This document shows, piece after piece, positions 17,032-26,147 of a stretch of DNA of 47,181 bases (positions within the stretch are counted from its first letter, which is position 1; each line of letters begins with the position of its first letter). Origin of the DNA: Pyrinomonadaceae bacterium (GTDB lineage Bacteria > Acidobacteriota > Blastocatellia > Pyrinomonadales > Pyrinomonadaceae); the NCBI GenBank assembly GCA_013812905.1, contig JACCSP010000201.1, positions 1 to 47,181 on the forward strand, written 5' to 3'. Both the position numbers and the translations under genes were made by a program. The notes under the pieces were generated by a model, which saw only the letters and a program-made list of their open reading frames with translations, ran no database searches and had not been told where the DNA came from.

Positions 17032-18554
17032 TGATCGACCTACAACCCGCATCATTCGAAGACTTTGAACGCGAGGCACGTCAGGGCAACGTTGTGCCGG
17101 TGGTGCGCTCTGTGCTGGCTGACCTGCAAACCCCGGTCGGTGCGTTCATGTGCATCGCCGGTAAATCACTTTATGCTTTCTTGCTCGAATCGGTGGAAGG
17201 TGGCGAACGGATTGCACGTTATTCGTTTCTCGGTGCGGAACCTCAAATGATTGTAAGGGGTCGAGGCTTGCAGACATTCGTTGAGCGAAAGACAAAGACT
17301 GAAACCTATCCCATCGTAGCGACAGATTGGGTGCGCGATTATTTTCGGGAACTAAAGCTGGCTCGGCGTTCAGGCCTAGCGCCTTTCTCCGGCGGCGCTG
17401 TTGGTTATTTGGGCTACGATGCTGCAGCCTGGTTTGAACCCGTCTTGAAAACCGACAAGCAAGACTCGTCAAATACACAGCAGCTTCAGAGCCAGGCCGA
17501 CGCCATCTGGATGTTTTATCGCGACGTAATTGCTTTTGATCGTCTGCGCCAGCGCATGGAGATTGTCTCAATCGTGTTGACGGAAGAGGCGGAAGGCAGC
17601 CGCGCGAAACTGAGAGCTCTCTATGACGAGGCAGTGGGCCGCACAGCGAGGATTGAAAAGAAGCTCCGCAAGGGAATATCGCCTAAGATTTCCCCGCAGC
17701 GTCCCGGCCGGAATGGCGGCATAGAGCCGGAATCCACTTGGACTAGGAGAGGCTTCGAAGCCGGGGTACGTCGCATTCAGGAGCATATAGCAGCCGGGGA
17801 TTGTTACCAGGTTGTACTTTCGCAGCAATTCTCCACGGAGTATAAGGATGACCCCCTCGAGATTTACCGGGCGTTGCGATCCATCAATCCCTCGCCGTAC
17901 ATGTTTTTTCTGCGCCTTGGGGACGAAACGATTGTGGGCGCATCGCCTGAAATGTTGGTTCGCTGCCACGGGCAGCGGTTAGATTACAGGCCGATTGCAG
18001 GAACCCGAAAGCGCGGTTCAACAGAGACCGAGGATTGGATGCTTGGCGAAGACTTGCGAACTAATAAAAAGGAAGTGTCTGAACACACAATGCTCGTCGA
18101 TCTGGGACGGAATGATCTCGGGCGCGTTGCTGACTATGGCTCCGTGAAAGTTGAGGAGTTGATGACAGTTGAGCGGTATTCACATGTGCAGCACCTCGTT
18201 ACCAGCTTGCGCGCCCGTTTGCGAGATGGACTCGATCGTTTCGACGCGTTTGGTTCCTGCTTTCCTGCCGGCACTGTAACTGGCGCACCTAAAATTCGGG
18301 CCATGGAAATCATTCGAGAACTTGAGCCTGAGCGGCGTGGGGTCTATGCGGGGTCGGTTCTCTATTTGGACTACGCGGATAATCTCGACTCCTGCATTGC
18401 GATCCGCACGATTGTTTTGCGCGACGGAAAAGCAATCGTACAAGCCGGGGCGGGCATAGTCGCAGATTCTGTCCCGGAACATGAGTATGCGGAAACCGTA
18501 AACAAAGCACGCGGATTGTTTCGAGCGATTGAACTAGCTGAAAAAGGGTTGTGA
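17028..18554 (+). CDS. trpE: anthranilate synthase component I
   Basis: Full-length TrpE-like sequence (LESVEGGERIARYSF, GDCYQVVLSQ, PSPYMFFL, GAGIVADSVPE). Confidence 0.95.
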   Translation: MMIDLQPASFEDFEREARQGNVVPVVRSVLADLQTPVGAFMCIAGKSLYAFLLESVEGGERIARYSFLGAEPQMIVRGRGLQTFVERKTKTETYPIVATDWVRDYFRELKLARRSGLAPFSGGAVGYLGYDAAAWFEPVLKTDKQDSSNTQQLQSQADAIWMFYRDVIAFDRLRQRMEIVSIVLTEEAEGSRAKLRALYDEAVGRTARIEKKLRKGISPKISPQRPGRNGGIEPESTWTRRGFEAGVRRIQEHIAAGDCYQVVLSQQFSTEYKDDPLEIYRALRSINPSPYMFFLRLGDETIVGASPEMLVRCHGQRLDYRPIAGTRKRGSTETEDWMLGEDLRTNKKEVSEHTMLVDLGRNDLGRVADYGSVKVEELMTVERYSHVQHLVTSLRARLRDGLDRFDAFGSCFPAGTVTGAPKIRAMEIIRELEPERRGVYAGSVLYLDYADNLDSCIAIRTIVLRDGKAIVQAGAGIVADSVPEHEYAETVNKARGLFRAIELAEKGL

Positions 18555-18609
18555 TGAACTCGAAGAATCCTCAACCGTTAAAACATTTGGCTCCTCCGAA
18601 CCAAAAAAC

Positions 18610-19305
18610 TTGCCAAAACAAATAGGAAGATGGCCGGCAGTGATATGCGTGCTTGTCGCGGCCTGTGGCGTGGTGATGTTAGCTGTAGTTTCCTTGGCGC
18701 AGATTCCGGCGCCTGTTCCGCAGTCGCCTACTGACCCCGCGAGAAAAGCCAATGCAAGATCTGGCGCCGCAACGGCGCCGGCAAGAGAACCGTTTGACGG
18801 TGCTTCTATCGAAAAGATGGCCGCGCAATGTGTCGGATTTGAGACCGAGGCGGGGCGAATCGAAATCGAAATGATGCCGGAAGTGGCGCCGGAGAGCGTG
18901 CGAAATTTTCTCAATCTCGCGTCCACTGCCGCATTAGACACCACCACGTTCAGCCGCGTGGTAAAGGGCTTCATAATTCAGGGTGGTAATCTCTCCACAA
19001 GCGAGAAGTGGGGTGTTGAACTATCCAAACGCGCCGCGCGAAAGTTGCCTGACGAACCAGGACTGGTCAAGCACGTGCGGGGAATCGTCTCTATGGCCCG
19101 CACTGACGAACCAAATAGTGCCAGCACGCATTTTTTTATCCTCGTCGGTGACGGTCCGCATCTGAATTCGAAGTTTGCTGCGTTTGGCACAGTACGAAAG
19201 GGGATCGAAGTCGCGGATGCAATCAACGGGGCCCAAACGGAAGGCGAGAAGCCGATTAATGCAGTTCGGATCAACCGCGCCGTCGTTGCCCCGTGTGTGA
19301 AATGA
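18610..19305 (+). CDS. cyclophilin-type peptidyl-prolyl cis-trans isomerase with an N-terminal signal/anchor
   Basis: FSRVVKGFIIQGG and VSMARTDEPNSASTHFFI motifs, with a hydrophobic N-terminus WPAVICVLVAACGVVMLAVV. TTG start. Confidence 0.85.
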   Translation: MPKQIGRWPAVICVLVAACGVVMLAVVSLAQIPAPVPQSPTDPARKANARSGAATAPAREPFDGASIEKMAAQCVGFETEAGRIEIEMMPEVAPESVRNFLNLASTAALDTTTFSRVVKGFIIQGGNLSTSEKWGVELSKRAARKLPDEPGLVKHVRGIVSMARTDEPNSASTHFFILVGDGPHLNSKFAAFGTVRKGIEVADAINGAQTEGEKPINAVRINRAVVAPCVK

Positions 19306-19372
19306 GCAATTCATGAAAAGCGTGTTGGAGAGCAAGAAGTTCCTGGTGGAGGTGAAAACGATGTAGCCGGTA

Positions 19373-19452
19373 GCAGGAGGCAGAGGCGGGAGACGGTCAG
19401 CAATAGGTTAGGCAGTTAAGCTCTGCGGAGGTGGCGGCAATTTGGCAATGAA
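19373..19452. repeat. Composite spacer repeat: G-rich family D module (19373-19396) plus family E module GGCAATTTGGCAATGAA (19436-19452)
   Basis: GCAGGAGGCAG is identical to 35209-35219. TGGCAATGAA is identical to 2893-2902. In both cases the family E module lies just before a start codon. Confidence 0.4.
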
Positions 19453-19455
19453 CCA

Positions 19456-20022
19456 ATGCTGTTAGTTATCGACAACTACGACTCGTTTACGTATAACCTA
19501 GTCCAGTATCTTGGTGAGCTCGGCGAAACAGTTGAAGTGCGTCGCAACGATGAGGTGACTATTGAGGAGATTGCCTCAAGTTTGCGCCCCAGCCGCATCG
19601 TAATATCGCCTGGTCCGGGCACTCCCAATGATGCCGGGTTGTCGTTAGAAGTAATAAGACGCTTTGCCGGGCAGGTGCCCATTCTCGGAGTCTGTCTGGG
19701 CCATCAGGCGATTGGACAGGCATTTGGCGGCAAGGTTGTGTCAGCACCAGTATTGATGCATGGCAAGGCTTCGGAGATTTCTCACGACGGCAAGACTATC
19801 TTCCGCGGACTTGAAGATCACTTCCGGGCCGGGCGTTATCATTCGCTGATGGTAGAGAAGGCATCCCTTCCGGAATGCCTGGAAATCTCCGCCTTTACGT
19901 TAGACGACGTGATCATGGGTTTGCGCCATCGCGAAATGCAGATTGAGGGTGTGCAGTTTCACCCGGAATCAATTCTGACCAATTGCGGCAAGCAAATGTT
20001 AGCGAATTTCCTCAAACTGTAA
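19456..20022 (+). CDS. trpG: anthranilate synthase component II (glutamine amidotransferase)
   Basis: [19 protein letters not shown], the catalytic GVCLGHQ, and HPES near the C-terminus. Confidence 0.9.
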   Translation: MLLVIDNYDSFTYNLVQYLGELGETVEVRRNDEVTIEEIASSLRPSRIVISPGPGTPNDAGLSLEVIRRFAGQVPILGVCLGHQAIGQAFGGKVVSAPVLMHGKASEISHDGKTIFRGLEDHFRAGRYHSLMVEKASLPECLEISAFTLDDVIMGLRHREMQIEGVQFHPESILTNCGKQMLANFLKL

Positions 20023-20031
20023 CCTCACGAT

Positions 20032-21102
20032 ATGAGTGAAAACGCATTGCGTGATTTTCTTGTGCGCCTTGTTCGTCGCGAAGCGCTTAGTCGCGAAGAC
20101 GCTGAGGTCTTGCTCGACGCTATGCTGGACCAAGATGCAACGGATGCCCAAATTGCCGCGGTTCTGGTTGCATTAGCGGCCAAGGGTGAGACCGTTGAGG
20201 AGTTGGCGGGCATGGCCGCCGGGTTACGCAGGCGCGCAGTTCGCATCAGGTGCCAACACGCGTGCTTTATTGATACTGCCGGAACGGGTTCAAGTCTTGC
20301 TAAGACATTTAACATCTCCACGGCAGCGGCTTTTGTGATTGCCGGCGCCGGGCTTCCCGTGGCGAAGCACGGCAATCGGGCGGCGAGCAGCCGGTCCGGG
20401 AGCGCTGATCTACTTTCCGCGCTGGGCGTCAATGTTAATGCCTCTCCGGAAGTTTCGCAGCAGTGCCTGAACGAAATCGACATCTGTTTCATGTTTGCCC
20501 CGCTCTATCACGTCGCCACCGCGCGGGTTGCTTCGATTCGTCGACAACTGGGGATTCATACGACCTTCAATTTATTGGGGCCCCTCAGCAATCCAGCCGG
20601 CGCACCCAGACAGATTGTCGGAGTTTGGAATCCGGATCTCGTTGAGCGAATGGCGGAGGTGCTAGCCGCCTCGGGCACCGAACGGGCCTGGGTTGTGCAC
20701 GGCGAGGACGGATTGGACGAGATAACTTTGGCGACTAAAACGCTCGTGGCGGAGGTAAAAGGCGAGAACGTCACCTGCTTCGAAGTGGAACCGAAGACCT
20801 TCGGGCTCTGGCGCGGAAGTTTAGAACATCTGCGGGGGGGCGACGCGGAAGCCAATGGTAGAATTATTCGTGAAGTACTATCTGGAAAACGTCGAGATGA
20901 AGCGCGTGCGCTGATAATAGCTAATGCCGCGGCGGCGCTTTTTGTAGGCGGTATCAGCAACGATTTGCGGGTGGCCGCAAACGCCGCGGAGGACAGCATT
21001 GATAGTGGAGCGGCTTGGACGAAACTGGAGCAGTTGATCGAAAGAACAAACCCGAGTGCTCAGGGCCCCAGCCCTCTTGGTGTGAAGGATGCTGGTGCGT
21101 AA
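20032..21102 (+). CDS. trpD: anthranilate phosphoribosyltransferase
   Basis: DTAGTG(S), KHGNRAASS and GPLSNPA motifs. Confidence 0.95.
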   Translation: MSENALRDFLVRLVRREALSREDAEVLLDAMLDQDATDAQIAAVLVALAAKGETVEELAGMAAGLRRRAVRIRCQHACFIDTAGTGSSLAKTFNISTAAAFVIAGAGLPVAKHGNRAASSRSGSADLLSALGVNVNASPEVSQQCLNEIDICFMFAPLYHVATARVASIRRQLGIHTTFNLLGPLSNPAGAPRQIVGVWNPDLVERMAEVLAASGTERAWVVHGEDGLDEITLATKTLVAEVKGENVTCFEVEPKTFGLWRGSLEHLRGGDAEANGRIIREVLSGKRRDEARALIIANAAAALFVGGISNDLRVAANAAEDSIDSGAAWTKLEQLIERTNPSAQGPSPLGVKDAGA

Positions 21103-21165
21103 CGGAATGGCGAGCTTTTTCTGCGGCGGGCCATAGCATATGGCGTAGATAGAAAGTGCTACTTA

Positions 21166-21972
21166 ATGGACATCCTAAGTGAAATCATTGCTAGTAAGAA
21201 GAAGAGAATTTCAAACCAGGGGTACCGTCCGCTTGCGCGAATGCGCGAGCACGCGCGGGCAGTCAGGTCTACGGCGGAGGGCCATGCCTTAGTGAAGGCG
21301 TTGTCTAATGAACGCATCAACGTTATTGCCGAGTTCAAACGAAGGTCTCCGTCAAAGGGTGTTATTCGCGATGATGTAAGCCCTGAGTCGATGGCGCGTT
21401 ATTACGAGTCAGGGGGCGCTGCAGCAATCTCGGTGCTTACGGAGGAGGACTATTTCGGCGGTTCGCTTCAGGACTTGAAAGCTGTCCGAGCGGCAGTTTC
21501 CCTCCCAGTGCTGCGAAAGGATTTCATCTTTGACGAGTATCAAGTATATGAGACAGCCGCTGGCGGGGCCGACGCGCTACTGCTGATTGTGTCGGTCTTG
21601 GACGATGAAGCATTGGTCTCGCTGCGTGAGCTTGCTGAAGATGAGCTAGAAATGGTTGCTCTGGTTGAGGTGCATACGAAGGCCGAGATGCAGCGGGCAA
21701 TAGCCAGCGGCGCCAGGTTCATTGGCGTGAACAATCGCGACCTCAAAACATTCTCAGTCTCGGTGGAAACTTCAGTAGAGCTCGCCCGGGAAGCGCCCGC
21801 CGACGGGATGCTGGTTTCTGAAAGTGGCATAAATTCGGCTCATGACCTGCGGCGGCTGCAGAGCATGGGATATCAGGGTTTTCTGATAGGCGAATCTTTA
21901 ATGCGCTCGCCCCGACCCAATGAAGCCTTGCTCACTTTGATCCGCGAGGCAGAAACGGCGGCGACGGGATGA
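21166..21972 (+). CDS. trpC: indole-3-glycerol phosphate synthase
   Basis: IAEFKRRSPSKG, LRKDFI and VNNRDL motifs. Confidence 0.95.
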   Translation: MDILSEIIASKKKRISNQGYRPLARMREHARAVRSTAEGHALVKALSNERINVIAEFKRRSPSKGVIRDDVSPESMARYYESGGAAAISVLTEEDYFGGSLQDLKAVRAAVSLPVLRKDFIFDEYQVYETAAGGADALLLIVSVLDDEALVSLRELAEDELEMVALVEVHTKAEMQRAIASGARFIGVNNRDLKTFSVSVETSVELAREAPADGMLVSESGINSAHDLRRLQSMGYQGFLIGESLMRSPRPNEALLTLIREAETAATG

Positions 21973-22012
21973 ACAGAAGAAAGAAGCGGGGTAGGAGGGG
22001 ACAGGGTAAACA

Positions 22013-22066
22013 GGTAAAAGGGAAGGAAATATCCAAGCATTTTCCATTCCTCATTTGACGTTTTTT
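22013..22066 (+). terminator. Imperfect hairpin (family C-like, GGAAGGAAAT / ATTTTCCATTCC core) followed by TTTTTT; putative intrinsic terminator after trpC
   Basis: Core arms are at 22021-22030 and 22039-22050, with extended imperfect pairing to 22059. T-runs occur at 22061-22066 and 22074-22081. Confidence 0.4.
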
Positions 22067-22120
22067 GATTGGTCTTTTTTTTCGCTGGTGGGCCATTACC
22101 ACCTGACGCTTAGGCCCTGA

Positions 22121-22212
22121 TCATTTCGCGGTATTTCGTGGTACTTCGTGGATCGTTCGCTTGGCCAGAGATGAGAGCGATCCACGAAATCACACGAACT
22201 GACACGAACTGG
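22121..22212. repeat. Family B repeat, full palindromic copy of about 92 nt
   Basis: Left: three decamers (tttcgcggta tttcgtggta cttcgtggat) ending in TTCGTGGATCG (22145-22155). Right: CGATCCACGAA (22178-22188) followed by the mirrored decamers atcacacgaa ctgacacgaa ctgg. Confidence 0.75.
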
Positions 22213-22232
22213 AAGTCAACAATTCCGCGGAT

Positions 22233-22260
22233 GAGAAATGAGAAATCAGAAATGGAAAAG
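22233..22260. repeat. Purine-rich heptamer tandem (gagaaat gagaaat cagaaat ggaaaag) just upstream of trpF
   Basis: Read directly from the sequence. It ends 8 nt before ATG 22268. Confidence 0.55.
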
Positions 22261-22267
22261 TCTTTTT

Positions 22268-22888
22268 ATGGCGTTTGTCAAAATCTGCGGCATAACTAAT
22301 TTGGAAGACGCCCTCCTCTCGGTTGCGGCCGGCGCCGATGCGCTGGGATTCAATTTCTACCGCCCAAGTCCGCGTTACATCGAGCCATTTGCGGCGCGGG
22401 AGATCGTCGATCGCTTGCCGGGGAATGTTTTAACTGTTGGCGTCTTTGTAAATGAAGCGGTCCCCGAGACGGTGGAGAGAATTGCGTCCGACGCCGGTTT
22501 AGGCGCCGTGCAGTTGCATGGTGATGAAACGCCCGACTATTGCCGCGCGCTCCGAGGACGGTACGTCATCAAAGTTTTGACGGCCGACAATGACTTTGAA
22601 CCCCAGCGTGCCCTCGATTACGAGGTGCAGGCGATCATGATTGACACCTTTGACTCTCAGATGCGTGGTGCCACAGGTCGCGTAATGGATTGGTCTGTCG
22701 CTCGAAAGACCCGCGCGCTCGTACCGAGGTTCTTTCTTGCCGGTGGGCTTGCTGCTGAGAACGTGCGAGACGCTATAGCAGCGGTCGATCCTTACGGCGT
22801 CGACGCTTGCAGTAGACTGGAAATCAGTCCGGGGAAAAAAGTTCCGGAACGCGTGGAAGCATTCATAAAGGCGGCACGGGCTGGTTAA
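22268..22888 (+). CDS. trpF: phosphoribosylanthranilate isomerase
   Basis: MAFVKICGIT start, LHGDE, and GGL near the C-terminus. The ORF-track start 22238 lies in the heptamer repeat. Confidence 0.9.
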   Translation: MAFVKICGITNLEDALLSVAAGADALGFNFYRPSPRYIEPFAAREIVDRLPGNVLTVGVFVNEAVPETVERIASDAGLGAVQLHGDETPDYCRALRGRYVIKVLTADNDFEPQRALDYEVQAIMIDTFDSQMRGATGRVMDWSVARKTRALVPRFFLAGGLAAENVRDAIAAVDPYGVDACSRLEISPGKKVPERVEAFIKAARAG

Positions 22889-23026
22889 TTCCCGTTAGAT
22901 GTTGACGACCCTCACTAACCACGGGTTATCCTAACAAGCCCCCTACGTACTGTCGTCGAAGAATCTACCATTTCTCTCGACGTTCTTCCGCGAATAGCTT
23001 TCTCCTCACCTCATGCTGCTGATGTA

Positions 23027-23971
23027 ATGAAAGCGAAAACCCAGAAACAGAAGCCCGGCAACCTGGTTAAGCGTGAGCGGGGCCGCGTGCTGATTGTTAC
23101 CGATGAGCCCGACTCAGTGGACTCCGGGCCACTAACTTCCGTTGGACTGGAAATAGTCGGGGTGTGCCGCGGCTCCGCGGCTCTAGTGTCTCTGCATCGA
23201 TCCCGTCCGCACGTAGTTATCGCAAGCTCTGCGACCAAGGGAATGTCCACTGCTGAATTAGCGCGCACGTTAAGTCAAACGGAAGACGGCATACCTCTGG
23301 TTTTGGTGGGCGCCAAAGCATCGACACTGAACCGACGGCAGACAGCACTGTCAGTGGGTGCCTTTGATTACATTCAGCTTCCTGCCGAGATTGATCTGTT
23401 GGTTCTACGTGTCAGACAAATAATCGCTCTGAGACAGACGATGGATCGGCTTCGCTCCGAAGCGGATCTCGATCATTTGACAGGTTTGGCTAATCGACGC
23501 CGCTTCCGCGTTGCGCTCGATCGCGAGGTTGAAAGATGGCGGCGTTACGGTGTACCGTGCGCATTACTTCAGCTGGACATCGACCACATGAAGGAGGTCA
23601 ACGATCGTTTCGGACATCCGGTCGGAGACGCCGTCATACGTCATGTTGCGAACACGCTTTCCGCTGTCTCACGAGGTAACGACACCGCAGCGCGTTTGGG
23701 TGGTGAAGAATTTGCTCTGCTGCTTGCAAATCTTGGTGAAGAGAAGGCCACCGCGGCAGCGGAACGATTGCGCGTTCTTTTGGCTGAACAAAGCATTTCC
23801 GGCGTCGGAAATATTAGTGTCAGCATTGGTGTGGCGGCCTGTCCGGCCCACGCAACTTCGGAACGCGCTCTATATGCGGCCAGCGACTGGGCGCTATACG
23901 TCGCGAAGAATGAAGGACGCAATCGCATTGCCGTCGCGCCTTTGATGCAGGAAAAACTGCCCGGGGTGTGA
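23027..23971 (+). CDS. diguanylate cyclase (GGEEF, RxxD I-site) with a degenerate receiver-like N-terminal domain
   Basis: GGEEF at 23699-23713. RGND lies five residues upstream (23672-23683). The REC-like fold has Ser67 (23225-23227) at the phospho-acceptor position and Leu118 at the conserved Lys position. Confidence 0.85.
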   Translation: MKAKTQKQKPGNLVKRERGRVLIVTDEPDSVDSGPLTSVGLEIVGVCRGSAALVSLHRSRPHVVIASSATKGMSTAELARTLSQTEDGIPLVLVGAKASTLNRRQTALSVGAFDYIQLPAEIDLLVLRVRQIIALRQTMDRLRSEADLDHLTGLANRRRFRVALDREVERWRRYGVPCALLQLDIDHMKEVNDRFGHPVGDAVIRHVANTLSAVSRGNDTAARLGGEEFALLLANLGEEKATAAAERLRVLLAEQSISGVGNISVSIGVAACPAHATSERALYAASDWALYVAKNEGRNRIAVAPLMQEKLPGV

Positions 23972-24005
23972 TTCCCTCAAAGCGAATACCATAGGAGATT
24001 AAGCC

Positions 24006-26018
24006 ATGAAACGCTCTGCACAATCGTTGGCTCTCGGTTTTGGATTCTTGCTGATTGCCGGAGCCAGACCCGCCGCCTTGACGGCCCAGCAGAGTCGGGT
24101 CGCTGGTTGGACGCCTGAGTTGGCGATGAAGGTTAAGAGCATTGGTGCTGTCCGCGTGTCGCCGGATGGCCGGAAGGTCGTCTACACGGTTAGCCAGGCA
24201 GTCATGACGCCTGAGAAGAGTGAATACGTTACACAGATTTGGTTGGCCAACACCGACGGCAGTGATCCTCTGCAATTGACCTTCGCCGAAAAATCTTCGG
24301 ACAATCCACAGTGGTCGCCAGACGGCAAAATGATCGCATTTACGTCGAGCCGGAGCGGAAAAAGCAACCTGTACGCTCTCCGCTTGATGGGTGGTGAAGC
24401 CGAGCAGACAACGGACGTCAAAACGGCAGTCGGGAACTTCGCCTGGTCGCCTAACGGAAGGCAGATCTCCTTCCTTATGCGCGATTCCCAAAGCGAAGAC
24501 GAGGAGAAGGGCGCAAAAGGCAAGGACGATTCACGTTGGGTTGATGAGAACATCAAGATGAATCGCCTGCATGTGATAAATATCGACAAAGATGCCAACG
24601 GTAAACGAGAGCCGCGCAAACTAACGGGTGACTACAACGTCGATGCTGACTTCGACTGGGCACCCGATGGCAAAACAATCGCTTTTGCTCGCACAAAGAT
24701 GCCCAAAGCGGACTATTGGACCACGGGTGATCTGATGGCCGTGGATGTGCGAAGCGGAGAGGTGAAAACGATCGCCGCCACCAACGCTGCCGAATCAGGC
24801 CCCAAATATTCACCTGATGGAAAGTCGCTTCTGTTCGTGGTTTCAGATGATCCGCCCCGTTGGGCGGGCTACCGGCGCATGGCGGTTACTTCCACAGGCG
24901 GCGGTCCTGTGAAGCTGCTGGCTGAAACTTTCGACGCCCAACCTAACGTCATCGACTGGTCAGCTGATGGCAAGAAGATTTACTTTGGCGAGACTCGAGG
25001 CACCTCCTCGCGGATCTATTCGCTGGACGTCAATTCGAATGCGATTACCGAGCTCAACAAGGGCCCCGAAGTAATCAGTGGGCCCTCGCTTAACCGCTCG
25101 CAGACAACATTGGGTTTCACCTTGCAGAGCAACGATAAGGCCCCTGAGGCCTATGTCAGTCGGATTTCCACTTTCTCCCCGGTCCAGGTGAGCCGGGCCA
25201 ATGTGGATCTGCCAAAGTTGCCGGTCGGTAAGACTGAGGTTATCAAATGGAAGAGCTCCGACGGGCTGGAGGTTGAAGGACTCCTGACCTACCCGGTCAA
25301 TTATAAGGCAGGCAAACGAGTGCCGCTGCTTCTCATAATCCACGGCGGACCAGCCGGAGTATTTACTCAATCGTTTCTGGCGGGGAGCCGTGGTGTGTAT
25401 CCCACTGCGACTTTCACCGCGCGTGGCTATGCAATGCTTCGCGTGAACCCGCGCGGCTCGTCCGGTTACGGGCAGAAGTTTCGGTTCGCAAACATCAAAG
25501 ATTGGGGCGGAGGCGATTACCAGGACCTGATGACGGGGGTCGATGAAGTAATACGAATGGGCGTTGCCAATCCCGATCGTTTAGGCGTGATGGGATGGAG
25601 CTACGGTGGTTTTATGACTTCGTGGATCGTTACGCAAACGAACCGCTTCAAAGCCGCCTCGGTCGGGGCGGGTGTGACAAACTTGATGAGTTTTATCGGG
25701 ACGGCTGACATCCCCAGCTTCATCCCGGATTACTTTGGCGAACAGCCCTGGGAGAATCTGGAGATTTATAGATCGCACTCAGCGATGTTCCACATGAAAG
25801 GAGTCGTCACCCCCACTCTCGTTCAGCATGGCGAAGCTGACGAGCGCGTACCGATCTCCCAAGGCTATGAGTTCTACAACGCACTTAAAGTGCGAAACGT
25901 GCCCACCAGGATGATCGTGCTGCCGCGCATGCCTCACGGTCCGAACGAACCTAAGATGGTGCTCAAGGCGAAGCAAACTAATCTCGAGTGGTTTGAAAGG
26001 TACCTCGGGACAAATTAA
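24006..26018 (+). CDS. S9 family serine peptidase (prolyl oligopeptidase / acylaminoacyl-peptidase type) with an N-terminal beta-propeller
   Basis: Signal peptide, repeated SPDGK propeller motifs, nucleophile GWSYGGFM, HGEADERV (Asp) and MPHG (His). Confidence 0.85.
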   Translation: MKRSAQSLALGFGFLLIAGARPAALTAQQSRVAGWTPELAMKVKSIGAVRVSPDGRKVVYTVSQAVMTPEKSEYVTQIWLANTDGSDPLQLTFAEKSSDNPQWSPDGKMIAFTSSRSGKSNLYALRLMGGEAEQTTDVKTAVGNFAWSPNGRQISFLMRDSQSEDEEKGAKGKDDSRWVDENIKMNRLHVINIDKDANGKREPRKLTGDYNVDADFDWAPDGKTIAFARTKMPKADYWTTGDLMAVDVRSGEVKTIAATNAAESGPKYSPDGKSLLFVVSDDPPRWAGYRRMAVTSTGGGPVKLLAETFDAQPNVIDWSADGKKIYFGETRGTSSRIYSLDVNSNAITELNKGPEVISGPSLNRSQTTLGFTLQSNDKAPEAYVSRISTFSPVQVSRANVDLPKLPVGKTEVIKWKSSDGLEVEGLLTYPVNYKAGKRVPLLLIIHGGPAGVFTQSFLAGSRGVYPTATFTARGYAMLRVNPRGSSGYGQKFRFANIKDWGGGDYQDLMTGVDEVIRMGVANPDRLGVMGWSYGGFMTSWIVTQTNRFKAASVGAGVTNLMSFIGTADIPSFIPDYFGEQPWENLEIYRSHSAMFHMKGVVTPTLVQHGEADERVPISQGYEFYNALKVRNVPTRMIVLPRMPHGPNEPKMVLKAKQTNLEWFERYLGTN

Positions 26019-26070
26019 GGTAAAATCTATACTTGTTGATTTCTCTCCTTTCCTAGGGTGCGGGAAAATT

Positions 26071-26147
26071 TAGAACGAAGCACGAAATCACTCAAAGGGT
26101 CATGAAAAGAGCCCTCAGTTCCAGTCATTTCGTTCGGTTTCGTGGGC
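26071..26147. repeat. Family B repeat, diverged palindromic copy
   Basis: TAGAACGAAGCACGAAATCAC (26071-26091) is mirrored by GTCATTTCGTTCGGTTTCGTGGGC (26124-26147). It overlaps the ORF-track start of trpB. Confidence 0.55.

Noticed and set aside
19313-19366. 17-codon mini-ORF (MKSVLESKKFLVEVKTM) upstream of trpG as a possible trp leader peptide
   Set aside because: It has no Trp codons, and no alternative terminator/antiterminator pairing was evident.
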